From: Candidatus Poribacteria bacterium
Lineage (GTDB): Bacteria > Poribacteria > WGA-4E > WGA-3G
Direction: 5' to 3'
NCBI GenBank assembly: GCA_965215265.1
Contig: OZ244048.1
Location: 2,208,001 to 2,272,000 of the forward strand
Length of the DNA stretch: 64,000 nucleotides
The notes under the pieces are model-generated. The model had not been told where the DNA came from and searched no databases. It was given only the letters and a program-made list of their open reading frames with translations. The translations under genes were made by a program, and so were the position numbers. Of the stretch, positions 10,788 to 21,039 are shown in pieces. Each line of letters begins with the position of its first letter. Within the stretch, counting starts at the first letter, position 1.

Positions 10788-11525
10788 TTACATCACCATT
10801 CCACCGTCAACCTGTAGGGTTTGCCCGGTGATATAGCGTGCGGCATCGGATGCCAAAAAGCAGACAGCGTCTGCTACATCTTCGGGGCTGCCAAATTCGC
10901 GTAACGGAATCAACTCAAGCAGTTGCTTCTGATTCTGTTCGGGGATTTGTGCTGTCATGTCAGTTTTTATAAAGCCGGGTGCGATAGCGTTAACGGTGAT
11001 GCCGCGCGTTCCGACTTCTTTCGCGGTTGCTTTGGTGAACCCAATGATGCCGGCCTTCGCAGCTGCGTAATTGGCTTGTCCGGCGTTTCCTGTTATTCCA
11101 ACCACGGACGAAATGTTGATAATGCGCCCGCCTCGCCGACGTATCATCGGCCTCAGTACGGCGCGTGTACAATACATTGTACCTGTCAGATTTGTCTGCA
11201 AAACGGCATCCCACTGTTCATCTTTCAAACGCATGAGAAGCGTATCGCGGGTAATGCCTGCGTTATTAACGAGAATATCGATCGCTGAAAACCGGGCAAG
11301 CGTCTCTTGAATCAGCGTTTCTACATCCGCTTTTTGTGAGATGTCGGCTCTAATAGAAATGGCATTGTGGCCTTCGCTATTTAAGGTATCAGCGATTTCG
11401 GTGATTGCCGTCTCTGAACGTGAGCAGAGGACAACGTTTGCCCCGGCTTCACAAAGTTTGCGCGCAATCGCTGCGCCAATTCCTCGCGAGGCACCTGTGA
11501 CAATGGCTATTTTTTCTTTAAGCAT
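10788..11525 (-). CDS. fabG: 3-oxoacyl-ACP reductase
   Basis: TGASRGIG, NNAGITRD, GQANYAAAKAG; located in the fab operon. Confidence 0.96.
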   Translation of the reverse strand: MLKEKIAIVTGASRGIGAAIARKLCEAGANVVLCSRSETAITEIADTLNSEGHNAISIRADISQKADVETLIQETLARFSAIDILVNNAGITRDTLLMRLKDEQWDAVLQTNLTGTMYCTRAVLRPMIRRRGGRIINISSVVGITGNAGQANYAAAKAGIIGFTKATAKEVGTRGITVNAIAPGFIKTDMTAQIPEQNQKQLLELIPLREFGSPEDVADAVCFLASDAARYITGQTLQVDGGMVM

Positions 11526-11594
11526 TTTCGATAATTGTTTTTAGAGTTCTACATTTTTGCCTGAATATTTGGAGACATCTGCGTCAGGATTTGT

Positions 11595-12524
11595 TTACAG
11601 TGAACCAATACATTCTTGAAGACTTTTTAAATCTTCAACGTTCACCGTAGTACTGCCAGGGAGCGTACGGTTAACTAAGCCGGACAGCACTTTACTGGGC
11701 CCCACCTCGACAAAGTGTGAGATCCCGGTACTTGCAATAGTTTTTAAACATTGTTCCCACTGAACTGGTGCGGTTATCTGTTGAAACAGGAGCCGGCGGA
11801 TGTCCTCAGGATGCGACACAAAATTGCCGTTCACATTCATCGCCACATCTATCTGTGGTTGACGCAACCGCACGTCTCTGAGTATCGGTTCGAATTGGCG
11901 TTGTGCGAAGCCCATCAACGGTGAATGAAACGCCCCGCTAACCGGGAGGAGACGGCACCGTCTTGCGCCAATGTCAGTCTTTGCAAAATTGACAACGGCA
12001 TTGACGGCATCGACCTCGCCGGAGATTACTAGCTGCCCGGGGCAGTTGTAATTGGCGATATTTACGATGCCCTTAGTTTTCTGACACAAAATTTGGAGAT
12101 GTGCTGCTTCCATTCCGAGAAAAGCAGCCATAGTCCCCGGTCTCTTTTCGCCTGCTTCTGCCATGGCTTGTGCCCGTGCCTGCACGAGTGTTAACGCGTC
12201 TGAAAAATCGAGGGCTCCGGCTGCAACCAGCGCAGAGTATTCTCCCAAACTATGTCCTGCGACGGCATCCGGTAGTATGCCTAATTGATTTAACACTCGC
12301 CATGCGGCAATGCTACAGGTCAAAATAGCGAGCTGGGTATTCTCTGTCTGCTTTAGTTTCTCTGCTGGTCCATTGAAACAGAGTGCCCCCAAGGGTTTTC
12401 CTAGCTGGGTCTCTGCTTCATCGAAAACGGTGCGTGCAATCGGATAATTATGAGCGAGTTCTGCGCCCATTCCGACTTTCTGTGAGCCCTGTCCTGGGAA
12501 AATAAATGCGACTGGTTGCTTCAT
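11595..12524 (-). CDS. fabD: Malonyl-CoA:ACP transacylase (start at MKQPV)
   Basis: FPGQGSQ, GHSLGEY, VSGAFHS. Confidence 0.96.
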   Translation of the reverse strand: MKQPVAFIFPGQGSQKVGMGAELAHNYPIARTVFDEAETQLGKPLGALCFNGPAEKLKQTENTQLAILTCSIAAWRVLNQLGILPDAVAGHSLGEYSALVAAGALDFSDALTLVQARAQAMAEAGEKRPGTMAAFLGMEAAHLQILCQKTKGIVNIANYNCPGQLVISGEVDAVNAVVNFAKTDIGARRCRLLPVSGAFHSPLMGFAQRQFEPILRDVRLRQPQIDVAMNVNGNFVSHPEDIRRLLFQQITAPVQWEQCLKTIASTGISHFVEVGPSKVLSGLVNRTLPGSTTVNVEDLKSLQECIGSL

Positions 12525-12531
12525 GTTCGGA

Positions 12532-13614
12532 TTACAAACGTAGGAGTGTACTTCCCCATGTGACTCCTGCGCCGAAAGTGACGAGGAGGACGAGGTCTCC
12601 GGGTTTTGCCCGGCCTTCGCGAATTGCTTCATCCAGGGCTATAATAACAGTTGCAGCAGAAGTATTTCCGTATTTTTCGACGTTGACGTAGACTTTTTCT
12701 CGTTCAATGCCGAGTCTGTCGCCGACGGCTTCAATAATCCGTAAATTTGCTTGATGCGGTATCAACAAATCAATCTCTTCGACAGTAACGCCGGCTTGCC
12801 GTAGGACACGTTGCGCGGCTTCGGGCATCAGTCTGACCCCGAGTTTGAAGACTTCCCTGCCGCTCATCTGAATTTTGTCCAATTTCTGCTCAATTCCTTC
12901 TGCGGTGAGCGGCATTCTTGAGCCGCCGGCTGGTATGCCGAGGAGGTTAATATCAGCATAATCGCCATCAGAACCGATGTAAGATGCAAGGATTCCTTTT
13001 GCTTCTTGAGTGGCTTGTACCACTGCAGCGCCGGCCCCGTCGCCGAAAAGGACGCATGTGCTTCGGTCTTCCCAATCAATAATATTGTTGAAAATTTCCC
13101 CACCAACCACAAGAATAGTATCATATCCGCCGGATTTAATCAAGCCATTTGCAAGATCGAGTCCATAAAGGAATCCTGCACATGCGGCGGAGATGTCCAT
13201 TGCTGATGCGTTCTTGGCTCCAATGCCTTTCTGGACGTAGCATGCAGTAGATGGAAAAAAGGTGTCTGGTGTTACGGTAGCGACAAGTACCATCTCAATG
13301 TCAAGTGGATTGACTTTAGCAGCTTCAATGGCATTAACAGCGGCTTCTATACTGAGATCCGATGTGGCTGTGCCGTTGTCAGCAATGCGTCGTTCGACAA
13401 TTCCGGTGCGCTGACGGATCCACTCGTCGCTGGTATCAACCATTTTCTCCAGGTCTAGATTGGTGATAACCTGTTCAGGAACGTATGCCCCGGTGCCTGT
13501 AATGGTTGCATATCGCGATTTTTGAGTCCGTTGAGTCCGTTGAGTCCGTTGCGTTTGCGTTTTGCTTGCGGTGCGGAAGCCTGTTTGTGAGTTCACCCGT
13601 GCCTCCTTAGACAT
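12532..13614 (-). CDS. fabH: Beta-ketoacyl-ACP synthase III
   Basis: [34 protein letters not shown]. Confidence 0.96.
   Translation of the reverse strand: MSKEARVNSQTGFRTASKTQTQRTQRTQRTQKSRYATITGTGAYVPEQVITNLDLEKMVDTSDEWIRQRTGIVERRIADNGTATSDLSIEAAVNAIEAAKVNPLDIEMVLVATVTPDTFFPSTACYVQKGIGAKNASAMDISAACAGFLYGLDLANGLIKSGGYDTILVVGGEIFNNIIDWEDRSTCVLFGDGAGAAVVQATQEAKGILASYIGSDGDYADINLLGIPAGGSRMPLTAEGIEQKLDKIQMSGREVFKLGVRLMPEAAQRVLRQAGVTVEEIDLLIPHQANLRIIEAVGDRLGIEREKVYVNVEKYGNTSAATVIIALDEAIREGRAKPGDLVLLVTFGAGVTWGSTLLRL
13522..13548. repeat. In-frame 9-bp tandem repeat (TTGAGTCCG)x3 in the fabH N-terminal extension
   Basis: Visible in the sequence; encodes RTQ RTQ RTQ. Confidence 0.85.
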
Positions 13615-13792
13615 TCACGTTAGATTTTAGTACGGGTCTGCCGTTGTAAGAGCCACACCCCGGACAGACCCGGTGAGATATCATCATCTCCCCGCAAGAT
13701 AAACAAACGTTTATAGTTTTTTGACGGAGAGCGTGATGGCTTCTCCGCATTCTTTTTTTCGATTTTGACGTTCTCCGTTTGGGATGCGCCAT
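13607..13792 (-). CDS. rpmF: 50S ribosomal protein L32 (Zn-ribbon type)
   Basis: [19 protein letters not shown], CxxC and [10 protein letters not shown]. Confidence 0.97.
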   Translation of the reverse strand: MAHPKRRTSKSKKRMRRSHHALRQKTINVCLSCGEMMISHRVCPGCGSYNGRPVLKSNVNV

Positions 13793-13949
13793 AGTGATTA
13801 TCTCCTGCTGAAAGTTAGAAATTCGTTAAACTTCCGGGTAAGGGCGGCCTGGGCTGACTCAACGATATCCGCCCGTTTTTGTAAATTCGTTCAGTGAGGC
13901 AATTAGGTCATGAATTTCCTTTGGCAATGCCCTAGTTAGGTTGCGCTTC

Positions 13950-14600
13950 TCACTCTTCTTCGCCCACGCGCTGTTCAATGGACGGTTGCAAATCGTCGCT
14001 CATATTCCTATTGTCAGTCTCAGGCAGCAGTGTTGATAGAACAGAGAACGGGTTTGACGGGCGCTGCTGGACTGCCGTATCAACACTTTCTGCAATATCA
14101 CAAGAGCAAGTGCCTAAGTTAAGTTCAGCACCGCATGCTGAACATAAACCTTCGCATGTTTGAGCGCAGAGTGGCCAGACTGGTATTTCAAGTACAAGGG
14201 CTTGCCGGACATCCTCGCTCAATTCCAAGGTGTCCCCGTCATAGTAGCGCTCCTCACTTTGAAAGAGTTCCTCGATACTTTGCAATAACTTGCTGTTTCC
14301 GTCTTTGGACTGCGTTTTTTTTTCCATTGGGCAAAACAGCAATTCAAGCGTTGAGGCAATGTCCACTTGAAACTGCTTAAGACAACGTCGGCATTCAACT
14401 GCGATGGTAGAGATAATGTCGCCAGTGACATAAATATTATTCGCATCTTGCCGAAATAAGGCAATAGTGCAGGCAAGAGGCAGAATAAACTCAGTATCCT
14501 CAAGCGGGAGTTCAAGGGCAGTGGGTGGTATCCGGACCTCGTAAACCTTGGAATCCTCGTATCGCAAATCGTTAATGTCAAAAACCAATGTGTCTTTCAT
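13950..14600 (-). CDS. yceD: DUF177 / YceD family protein
   Basis: ECRRCL and PLCAQTCEGLCSACG motifs; upstream of rpmF. Confidence 0.9.
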   Translation of the reverse strand: MKDTLVFDINDLRYEDSKVYEVRIPPTALELPLEDTEFILPLACTIALFRQDANNIYVTGDIISTIAVECRRCLKQFQVDIASTLELLFCPMEKKTQSKDGNSKLLQSIEELFQSEERYYDGDTLELSEDVRQALVLEIPVWPLCAQTCEGLCSACGAELNLGTCSCDIAESVDTAVQQRPSNPFSVLSTLLPETDNRNMSDDLQPSIEQRVGEEE

Positions 14601-14629
14601 GCTTGCATTCCAGTGGGGGTTTGCTGCTT

Positions 14630-15958
14630 TTAAAAAGCGACTTCTTCTTCTATTCTGATGAGCTGCGCGTCCCCTTTAACGTCTTCAAGGTTGTAAATTT
14701 GCGCGAGGGCGGTTTTCATATTTTTTTCTAGTGCCTTATGTGTAAGCATAACGAGTGATACGGTATCCGTGGCGTGTGGTTCTTTTTGTATAACTGAGGC
14801 AATGCTGATATCGCAGTTGCCGAGTATGGTACCGATTTTGGCTAGGACACCCGGCCGGTCTACGACGACAAAGCGGAGGTAATAGCGCGTCTCAATATCA
14901 TCAATAGGGCACAGAATCGTCTCGTTGCTTGTCTGGGGCGCGGCAAGCCAGGCTTGGGCGATCTGGGCTGGGGTACCTTGTTGTATGGATTTGGCTGCGT
15001 CAATAATATCAGCGACAACGGCACTGGCTGTTGGCATTTCGCCTGCGCCTTGCCCATAAAAGAGCGTCGGGCCGACAGCGTCGCCGATGACGCATACTGC
15101 ATTAAAGGCGCCCCCGACATTCGCCAACAGGCTCCGCTCTGGCACAAGCGTTGGATGCACGCGTGCCTCTACACGTTTATCATCTGTCAGTTTCGCGATA
15201 GCAATGAGTTTAATGACGTATCCGAGTTCCCGGGCGTATTGGATCTCTTTTTGGTTTATGCTTGTGATTCCTTCTACGTGAAGATTTTGCAGGGTGATGT
15301 TGCTGCGATAAGCGAGTGCAGTGAGGAGTATAAGTTTTTGAGCGGCATCAATTCCTTCAACATCGAGCGTCGGATCAGCTTCAGCGTAGCCTTTATCCTG
15401 TGCGGCTTTCAGTACATCTGCAAAATCGATGTCGCGTTCGTGCATTTCGGTTAAGATGTAGTTACATGTGCCGTTGACGATGCCGTAGAGAGAGTGAATC
15501 TGATTGCCGGCGAAACTCTCTTGCAAGGTTTTGATAATGGGTATGCCGCCTGCCGTGCTGGCTTCAAAATTGAGGCTTACTTGCTGCTGCGATGCCAATT
15601 GAAAGAGCTCCGCTGCATGTGCTGCAAGCAGTGCCTTGTTTGCGGTTACGACGGGCTTCCCGTTCTGGAGTGCGCGGCGTATCAGGGCACGTGCGTCAGA
15701 CACCCCCCCGATGAGTTCAACCACGATATCTATATCCGGATTGTCAACCACGTCATCCGGATTTGTGGTTAAACAGTCTGCAGGCAGCTCCACCCCGGTC
15801 CGTGTTGCCGGAAGTGTCTGTTTGACTATTTTTTTTAGGCATAACTGGATGCCACTGTTCTTAGCAATCAGGGCTTGCTGATTTATGAGGATTTTAGAGA
15901 CGCCTGTACCGACAGTACCCCATCCTAAGATACCTACATTGATACACGATTTATCCAT
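14630..15958 (-). CDS. hom: Homoserine dehydrogenase with C-terminal ACT domain
   Basis: GWGTVG, VVTANK, NGTCNYIL, GYAEADP, G.GAG..PTASAV, DRPGVLA. Confidence 0.96.
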   Translation of the reverse strand: MDKSCINVGILGWGTVGTGVSKILINQQALIAKNSGIQLCLKKIVKQTLPATRTGVELPADCLTTNPDDVVDNPDIDIVVELIGGVSDARALIRRALQNGKPVVTANKALLAAHAAELFQLASQQQVSLNFEASTAGGIPIIKTLQESFAGNQIHSLYGIVNGTCNYILTEMHERDIDFADVLKAAQDKGYAEADPTLDVEGIDAAQKLILLTALAYRSNITLQNLHVEGITSINQKEIQYARELGYVIKLIAIAKLTDDKRVEARVHPTLVPERSLLANVGGAFNAVCVIGDAVGPTLFYGQGAGEMPTASAVVADIIDAAKSIQQGTPAQIAQAWLAAPQTSNETILCPIDDIETRYYLRFVVVDRPGVLAKIGTILGNCDISIASVIQKEPHATDTVSLVMLTHKALEKNMKTALAQIYNLEDVKGDAQLIRIEEEVAF

Positions 15959-16113
15959 AACCGCAACCGCCTCTTTCTCTATGGTGTAGACGCGACACCG
16001 AGGCCGCGAATTTTGTGTGTTTTTTCTTTAACATGTGGGATTAACATTGAGCTCGTCATAGACTTAATGAATGGCTGTTCTAAGCGAGACTGAATTTGCA
16101 TGAACATAATAGA

Positions 16114-16187
16114 TCGGGGCGACTGGATTCGAACCAGCGACCTCTTGAACCCCATTCAAGCGCGCTTCCGGGCTGCGCCACGCCCCG
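16114..16187 (-). tRNA. tRNA-Pro(GGG); CCA not encoded
   Basis: Reverse complement CGGGGCGTGGCGCAGCCCGGAAGCGCG-CTTGA ATGGGGT TCAAG-AGGTCGCTGGTTCGAATCCAGTCGCCCCGA; canonical cloverleaf. Confidence 0.96.
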
Positions 16188-16674
16188 TTTCTCTTTTTTT
16201 TGCGGCTCTCTTCTCAAAAACCGCTAATTTGACCGGAACCTTAGCCACGCATTCTTCAAAACGATTTTTTTCAGGACTTTACAATTATCCTTATTAATTA
16301 TACCCACTTTGCTCGCTTTTGTCAAATTAATTTTGTATCTCACTTACCCCCTTTTTTTTTCAAGTTTTGTGATGAAAGGTTTTTGTTTGTAAACGTGTGA
16401 GAAAAGCAGTGGGTTAGAGATACCCGAAACCGGTAAATCCCACATCTCTGATAACCCGTTTTCAAGACATCTTCAAGTCTATTGCTATAAAAAAGCCTGC
16501 GTTGCGTCACTTGCTCTTTGTGCTGATAGCGGTGAGTGTCTAGCGAACGTTTAGCCTCAATGAACTCGCGTTGCGTTTGCCGCTTTCGGTAAAACGAGAG
16601 AAGTCGAAACAGAAAAGGTTGCTCCGTCCAATGGGTGGCAGGTGGCTCCCACCCGCCGAACTCCTCTCTCCTTG

Positions 16675-16769
16675 CAGGAGAGACAAAGAATACCTATCTC
16701 GCAACTTTCTACCTATCCTGCCACTGTCCTTCAGGACAGACAAAGAATACCTATCTTGCCACTTTTCTC
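16675..16769. repeat. Imperfect direct repeat (~36 bp, ~58-bp period)
   Basis: CAGGAGAGACAAAGAATACCTATCTCGCAACTTT versus CAGGACAGACAAAGAATACCTATCTTGCCACTTT. Confidence 0.75.
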
Positions 16770-16844
16770 ACACACAAACCTAACAATATCACACACAGAC
16801 GACTCTCAGAAAAAAATGGGGGTAAGTGAGATGTAAAGGCTGCC

Positions 16845-16874
16845 TTGACAAAATAATAGAGAGGTTGCTATACT
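16845..16874 (+). promoter_or_regulatory. Sigma70-type promoter for the 16913 gene
   Basis: TTGACA-N18-TATACT with extended -10 TG; GGAGGAG RBS before the ATG at 16913. Confidence 0.65.
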
Positions 16875-16912
16875 AGAAGAAGTAAAGTAAAGAGAGTCAG
16901 GATGGAGGAGTT

Positions 16913-17671
16913 ATGCCTAGAGCAGGCGATGAAAAACCGCGCAGCGTCCGGGCGGCTTATGACGCACACTTCAAACAGAATCTCAACGTGCAGCTGGGGG
17001 AGAGACGCGGCCTGCCGATACAGGCAGAACTCGCCGTCAGCTACCTGTCCCTCACGATAGACATCGGCGTGATTTTGCGAAACGCCGCTGACCGGGCAAA
17101 CCTCCTCGCCGAGGAGCCGATTTTCCGCTATTTCCGAACGCATAATCTCATAGAGTTCAAAAGTCAAGCCGACGCTTTGACAGAGAGCGACTATTACCGC
17201 ATCCAGGCGCGTGCGTGTCTTTATCTGGCTGATAACAGGCTTTCAAAGCAGGCACTCACCTTGACGATTGTCTCCGCCCGCTACCCTCGCGCACTGCTCT
17301 CGCGGCCCTATTACAAGGGGCAATGGGAACGCGTCAAGCCGGGACACTACCAGATAACGGAGGTGTTTCCAGTGCATCTGTTAGTGTGCAACGAGTTGGA
17401 ACTGATGCGAGAGAATTATTTGTTGCTGCCTTTTACGGCATCGGCTATGGAGATTTTACAAATGGGAAAGAAACAGAATTTTTACGACACCGAAATGCAA
17501 GCGTTAGCAGACACATTCGGCAGCGAGATTCTAGAGAGAATTCCGCCTGCCGAACGGATGAAAGGGCTCAGTGCCGATGAATGGCTCAAGGTATTTCAGG
17601 GCTTGGCACCAGAGGTGCGCGCAGAACTCGTGCGGCAGCTGGAGGCAGCTGACAACGACTCCAACACGTAG
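16913..17671 (+). CDS. Hypothetical protein, probable PD-(D/E)XK / Rpn-like fold
   Basis: YDAHFK near the N-terminus, ID..I, then FR.HNLIEFKS..D.L...DYYR...ACLY; helical C-tail ERMKGLSADE. Strong promoter and RBS. Confidence 0.6.
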   Translation: MPRAGDEKPRSVRAAYDAHFKQNLNVQLGERRGLPIQAELAVSYLSLTIDIGVILRNAADRANLLAEEPIFRYFRTHNLIEFKSQADALTESDYYRIQARACLYLADNRLSKQALTLTIVSARYPRALLSRPYYKGQWERVKPGHYQITEVFPVHLLVCNELELMRENYLLLPFTASAMEILQMGKKQNFYDTEMQALADTFGSEILERIPPAERMKGLSADEWLKVFQGLAPEVRAELVRQLEAADNDSNT

Positions 17672-17766
17672 CAGCCGACGCGGTTGAAAGGACATCTGAA
17701 CACGGACGGTAAACTCACTGAACAGATCGGAAGAGTAAACTCACTGATATTTAAACTCACCTAACC

Positions 17767-17800
17767 AGGGGCGGCAACCTTCGCGTCGCTGCCCCTTTTT
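17767..17800 (+). terminator. Rho-independent terminator
   Basis: GGGGCGGCAAC-CTTCGC-GTCGCTGCCCC followed by a T run. Confidence 0.8.
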
Positions 17801-17960
17801 GTATATTTCAGCCCATCACCGCCTGATCTTTTGATAATCCTTGTATAAATCTCGCCGGAGCCGCTCTCTGTTTTGAATGCTAAACAGAAAACATCTCTGG
17901 CGAGATTTGTGCGAGGTTGTTTATTAGCTCTGCCGGTGCCGGGCTGAAAGAGACGAAGAA
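17796..17960. repeat. Palindromic intergenic element (~60-nt unit family), copy 2
   Basis: TTTTTGTATATTTCAGCCC...GTATAAATCTCGCCGGAG...CTCTGGCGAGATTTGT...GGGCTGAAAGAGACGAA; homologous to 6083-6250. Confidence 0.78.
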
Positions 17961-18158
17961 TTTGTATATGTCCGAACTATACCGGTTTATGTTATTGCAA
18001 ATCTGATGCCACGGTACGAGTCAAAACAGGCTCCGTTTTCGCACTGGGGCTCGAAAAAAAAAGATGTCGACAAAAAAGCAGAGATATCTAAGGTAACTAG
18101 GTCCGTTCTTTTTTCGTGAGTCTTGCGCAAGTGTCGAATTAGCAGGTCGGTTTAGGAA

Positions 18159-18926
18159 CTATGCTAGCCCCATCCTGTTTAGGTTTTTCAGACTGATGCC
18201 CAGGCTCTCAAAAGGATCGCGTTCATAACAGGAATCTTGTTCAATGATGTACCAGTCAACGCCGGCGTATGAACATGCGTCTAGGATAGCAGTCCAATTA
18301 AGGTTTCCTTCTCCGACTTCTGCAAAACGCTGAGTAGAACCTTGCATTGCCATATCTTTGAGATGGATAATCTGTGCGCGTCCTTTGAGTTTGCGAATCC
18401 ACTGGGCGGGGTCAGCGCCGCCGTGCTGGATCCAATAGGTATCAAGTTCGCTGTTGAAAAATTTCGGGTCACTTTCCTCGTATAGGATGTCTAGCCCAGT
18501 GCGTCCGTTAAACCGTTCAAGTTCAAAGCTATGGTTGTGATATGAAAAGCTTACTCCGCCTTCGGCGAGTCTTGCTGCGATTTCAGAGGCTTCTTTTGCA
18601 AAAGTGACAAATCCTTGGTAGTTCCGGTATTCGCCTGGTATTCCTCCGATGGCGGCATGCTTGCATCCCCAGAGTTGATGTTCTTCAATAACGGATTGCG
18701 GTTCGTCACGCATTCGTGCGTAGTCTGTGTGTGTTGCACAGATTGTGATACCTTCCCCGTCAACGATGGTTTTGAGTTGCTTTGGTGAAATCGGTCCGAG
18801 TGCGGAGCATTGAACAGCATTGTAGCCGAGCTGCTTCACCTTTTTCATGGTTTCGGCTATACCGGCTTCGGTTTTTGTGAAATCTCTAACGGTATAGAGT
18901 TGTGCAGCGATTTGTGTGGTTTTCAT
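18159..18926 (-). CDS. Sugar phosphate isomerase/epimerase (xylose isomerase-like TIM barrel)
   Basis: QLYTVR, YHNHSFE, ELDTYW, HLKDM, EVGEG, IIEQD. Confidence 0.9.
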   Translation of the reverse strand: MKTTQIAAQLYTVRDFTKTEAGIAETMKKVKQLGYNAVQCSALGPISPKQLKTIVDGEGITICATHTDYARMRDEPQSVIEEHQLWGCKHAAIGGIPGEYRNYQGFVTFAKEASEIAARLAEGGVSFSYHNHSFELERFNGRTGLDILYEESDPKFFNSELDTYWIQHGGADPAQWIRKLKGRAQIIHLKDMAMQGSTQRFAEVGEGNLNWTAILDACSYAGVDWYIIEQDSCYERDPFESLGISLKNLNRMGLA

Positions 18927-19323
18927 AGACCTCTCCTTAGTCCAAGTATGTTATACCAAACAATGAATAACGCATTTCTGTTTTCTTTCGGAAGCGTACG
19001 GGGGGCTCCGAACAAACAAGAGAAATGTGGGCAATTTAATATTCACTATAAATCTATCAAAAAAGCCGCGGCATGTCAAGGAAAATTATGGAATTTATAT
19101 CTATATTTTATTGTAGCGCATCCATCAACAATCGCAGATGTTTTGCAATGAGAATGATGCTGCCCGAGTTAATCCCGCCTCCTATCGGTGAGTAGTCAAG
19201 CCTGAATTGTGAATTGGAAGATTTCTGTTAAGAAAAAAACAAAAATATAATAAAATGGTTGACAATTATGCTTCGCGGCTAGATTTAATAACCTGCTAGG
19301 TGCAACATGGAAAAGGAGTGACA

Positions 19324-20784
19324 ATGGAAAAACGTCCAAATATTTTGTGGTATTGCACAGATCAGCAACGTTTCGACACCATCGGTGCATTAGGAAATCC
19401 ACATATTCACACGCCCAGACTTGACGAATTTGTAGGTGAGTCGGTTACATTCACGCATGCCTATTGCCAGTCTCCGATTTGCACGCCTTCTCGTGCGAGT
19501 TTTATGACGGGGATGTATCCTTCAGCGGTAAGCGTAACAGGCAATGGCAATCCGGTTTTTCCGAGGTATTACGAAGATCGGCTGATTTCGCATGCGCTTT
19601 CGCAAGCGGGTTATGATTGTGGTTTGATTGGGAAACTGCATCTTGCGAGTGCTTTTTCTGCGCAAGAAGCGCGTGTGAACGATGGCTATCGCTACTTCCA
19701 ATATAGCCACGACCATGGGAAGCCGCATGCATTCGGGCATGAGTATGCAGATTGGGTCCGTGCACAAGGTGTCAACCCTGCAGACTTGATAAGTCAACGT
19801 GCGGTTGCTCAAAAGTCTGATGGAAATAGGGGGCGATTACCAGAGCCGGCTCCGGATTGCGACAATGTTCCGTCGCATCTTCACCAGACCTATTGGTGTA
19901 CTGAAAAATCGATTGAATTTATCAGAAAAAATCGTCGCGAAAACCAACCGTGGATGCTAAGCGTTAACCCGTTTGACCCGCATCCTCCGTTTGATGCGCC
20001 GTGGGAATACTATCGGCGGTATAATCCGGAAACGCTGCCGGGTCCACATTTCATGGAAAGTGACATCGGTTTTCAGTCGAAATTGACAGCTGCCGGTATC
20101 GATTTCCAGTCTCAGTCTAAACCGCCGTCAGAGTTTGATGATAAACGGATGCAAGCGTCTTATTACGCTATGATTGAGCAACTTGACTCTGAATTCGGGC
20201 GTTTACTCGACTATCTGGATGCGGAGGGCCTTCGTGAAAATACGATTGTGCTCTTCACTTCTGACCACGGAGAGGCGCTCGGTGACCACGGGCTGGTATA
20301 CAAAGGATGCCGGTTTTACGAAGGCTCGGTGCGGGTGCCGCTCATTATTTCATTGCCAACGCAGTTCTTGCAGAATGTCCAAAGCGATGCGCTCGTTGAG
20401 CTGCTCGATATTGTCCCGACGTTGTATGATGTATTGGGCATAGAGATACCGTACTACGTTCAGGGGAAATCGCTCGCGTCGCTGTTGCAGGGGGATGTGC
20501 CGGCCAATGTCCATCGTGAGGCAGTTCGTTGTGAATTTTTCGGTGCACTTTCAACACCTGATCAGACCCATGCCACGATGTACCGGGACCGGCGTTGGAA
20601 ACTCGTTGTGTATCATCAAAAAGGAATTTGTGAACTGTACGACCTTGATAACGACCCTTGGGAGCATAGGGATCTTGCTGAGGATGCCGATTATCAAGCC
20701 ATCAAATGGGAACTGCTGCAAAAGAGTTTTGACGCGACTGTTTATGCACATCCTCAGATGATTCCACGCGTCGCTTCGCACTGA
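19324..20784 (+). CDS. Sulfatase (Cys-type, formylglycine-dependent)
   Basis: PNILW..TDQQR, CTPSRAS, GKLH, DPHPP, TSDHGE. Confidence 0.93.
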   Translation: MEKRPNILWYCTDQQRFDTIGALGNPHIHTPRLDEFVGESVTFTHAYCQSPICTPSRASFMTGMYPSAVSVTGNGNPVFPRYYEDRLISHALSQAGYDCGLIGKLHLASAFSAQEARVNDGYRYFQYSHDHGKPHAFGHEYADWVRAQGVNPADLISQRAVAQKSDGNRGRLPEPAPDCDNVPSHLHQTYWCTEKSIEFIRKNRRENQPWMLSVNPFDPHPPFDAPWEYYRRYNPETLPGPHFMESDIGFQSKLTAAGIDFQSQSKPPSEFDDKRMQASYYAMIEQLDSEFGRLLDYLDAEGLRENTIVLFTSDHGEALGDHGLVYKGCRFYEGSVRVPLIISLPTQFLQNVQSDALVELLDIVPTLYDVLGIEIPYYVQGKSLASLLQGDVPANVHREAVRCEFFGALSTPDQTHATMYRDRRWKLVVYHQKGICELYDLDNDPWEHRDLAEDADYQAIKWELLQKSFDATVYAHPQMIPRVASH

Positions 20785-21039
20785 GGTTAAAGTGAATACC
20801 CTCTATCCGCTGCAAGTCTTGGGGAATCGTGCTTGGGAAATCGCTCCGACAGTTTGTATTGCACATGAACACTCCTGCCACTGCGCTTGAAAGTCAGGGC
20901 TCATATTTTTATAGTAGAATTTAGAATTATTGATACGGTGAGGTTGCTATTTTGGATGCGGATTTGAGCGAAGATCAGATTAACAGACTTAGAGGGAGCG
21001 GCTTGTAATCGGCACTCGGGCACCTCAAGCCCTTTATCA

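Noticed and set aside
16675-16769. Possible mini CRISPR array
   Set aside because: Only two imperfect repeats; the intervening sequence is itself repeat-derived (ACCTATCCTGCCACT); no cas genes in the window.
16114-18150. Genomic island integrated at tRNA-Pro
   Set aside because: No integrase and no duplicated tRNA 3' end seen; the tRNA 3' end faces the housekeeping gene hom.
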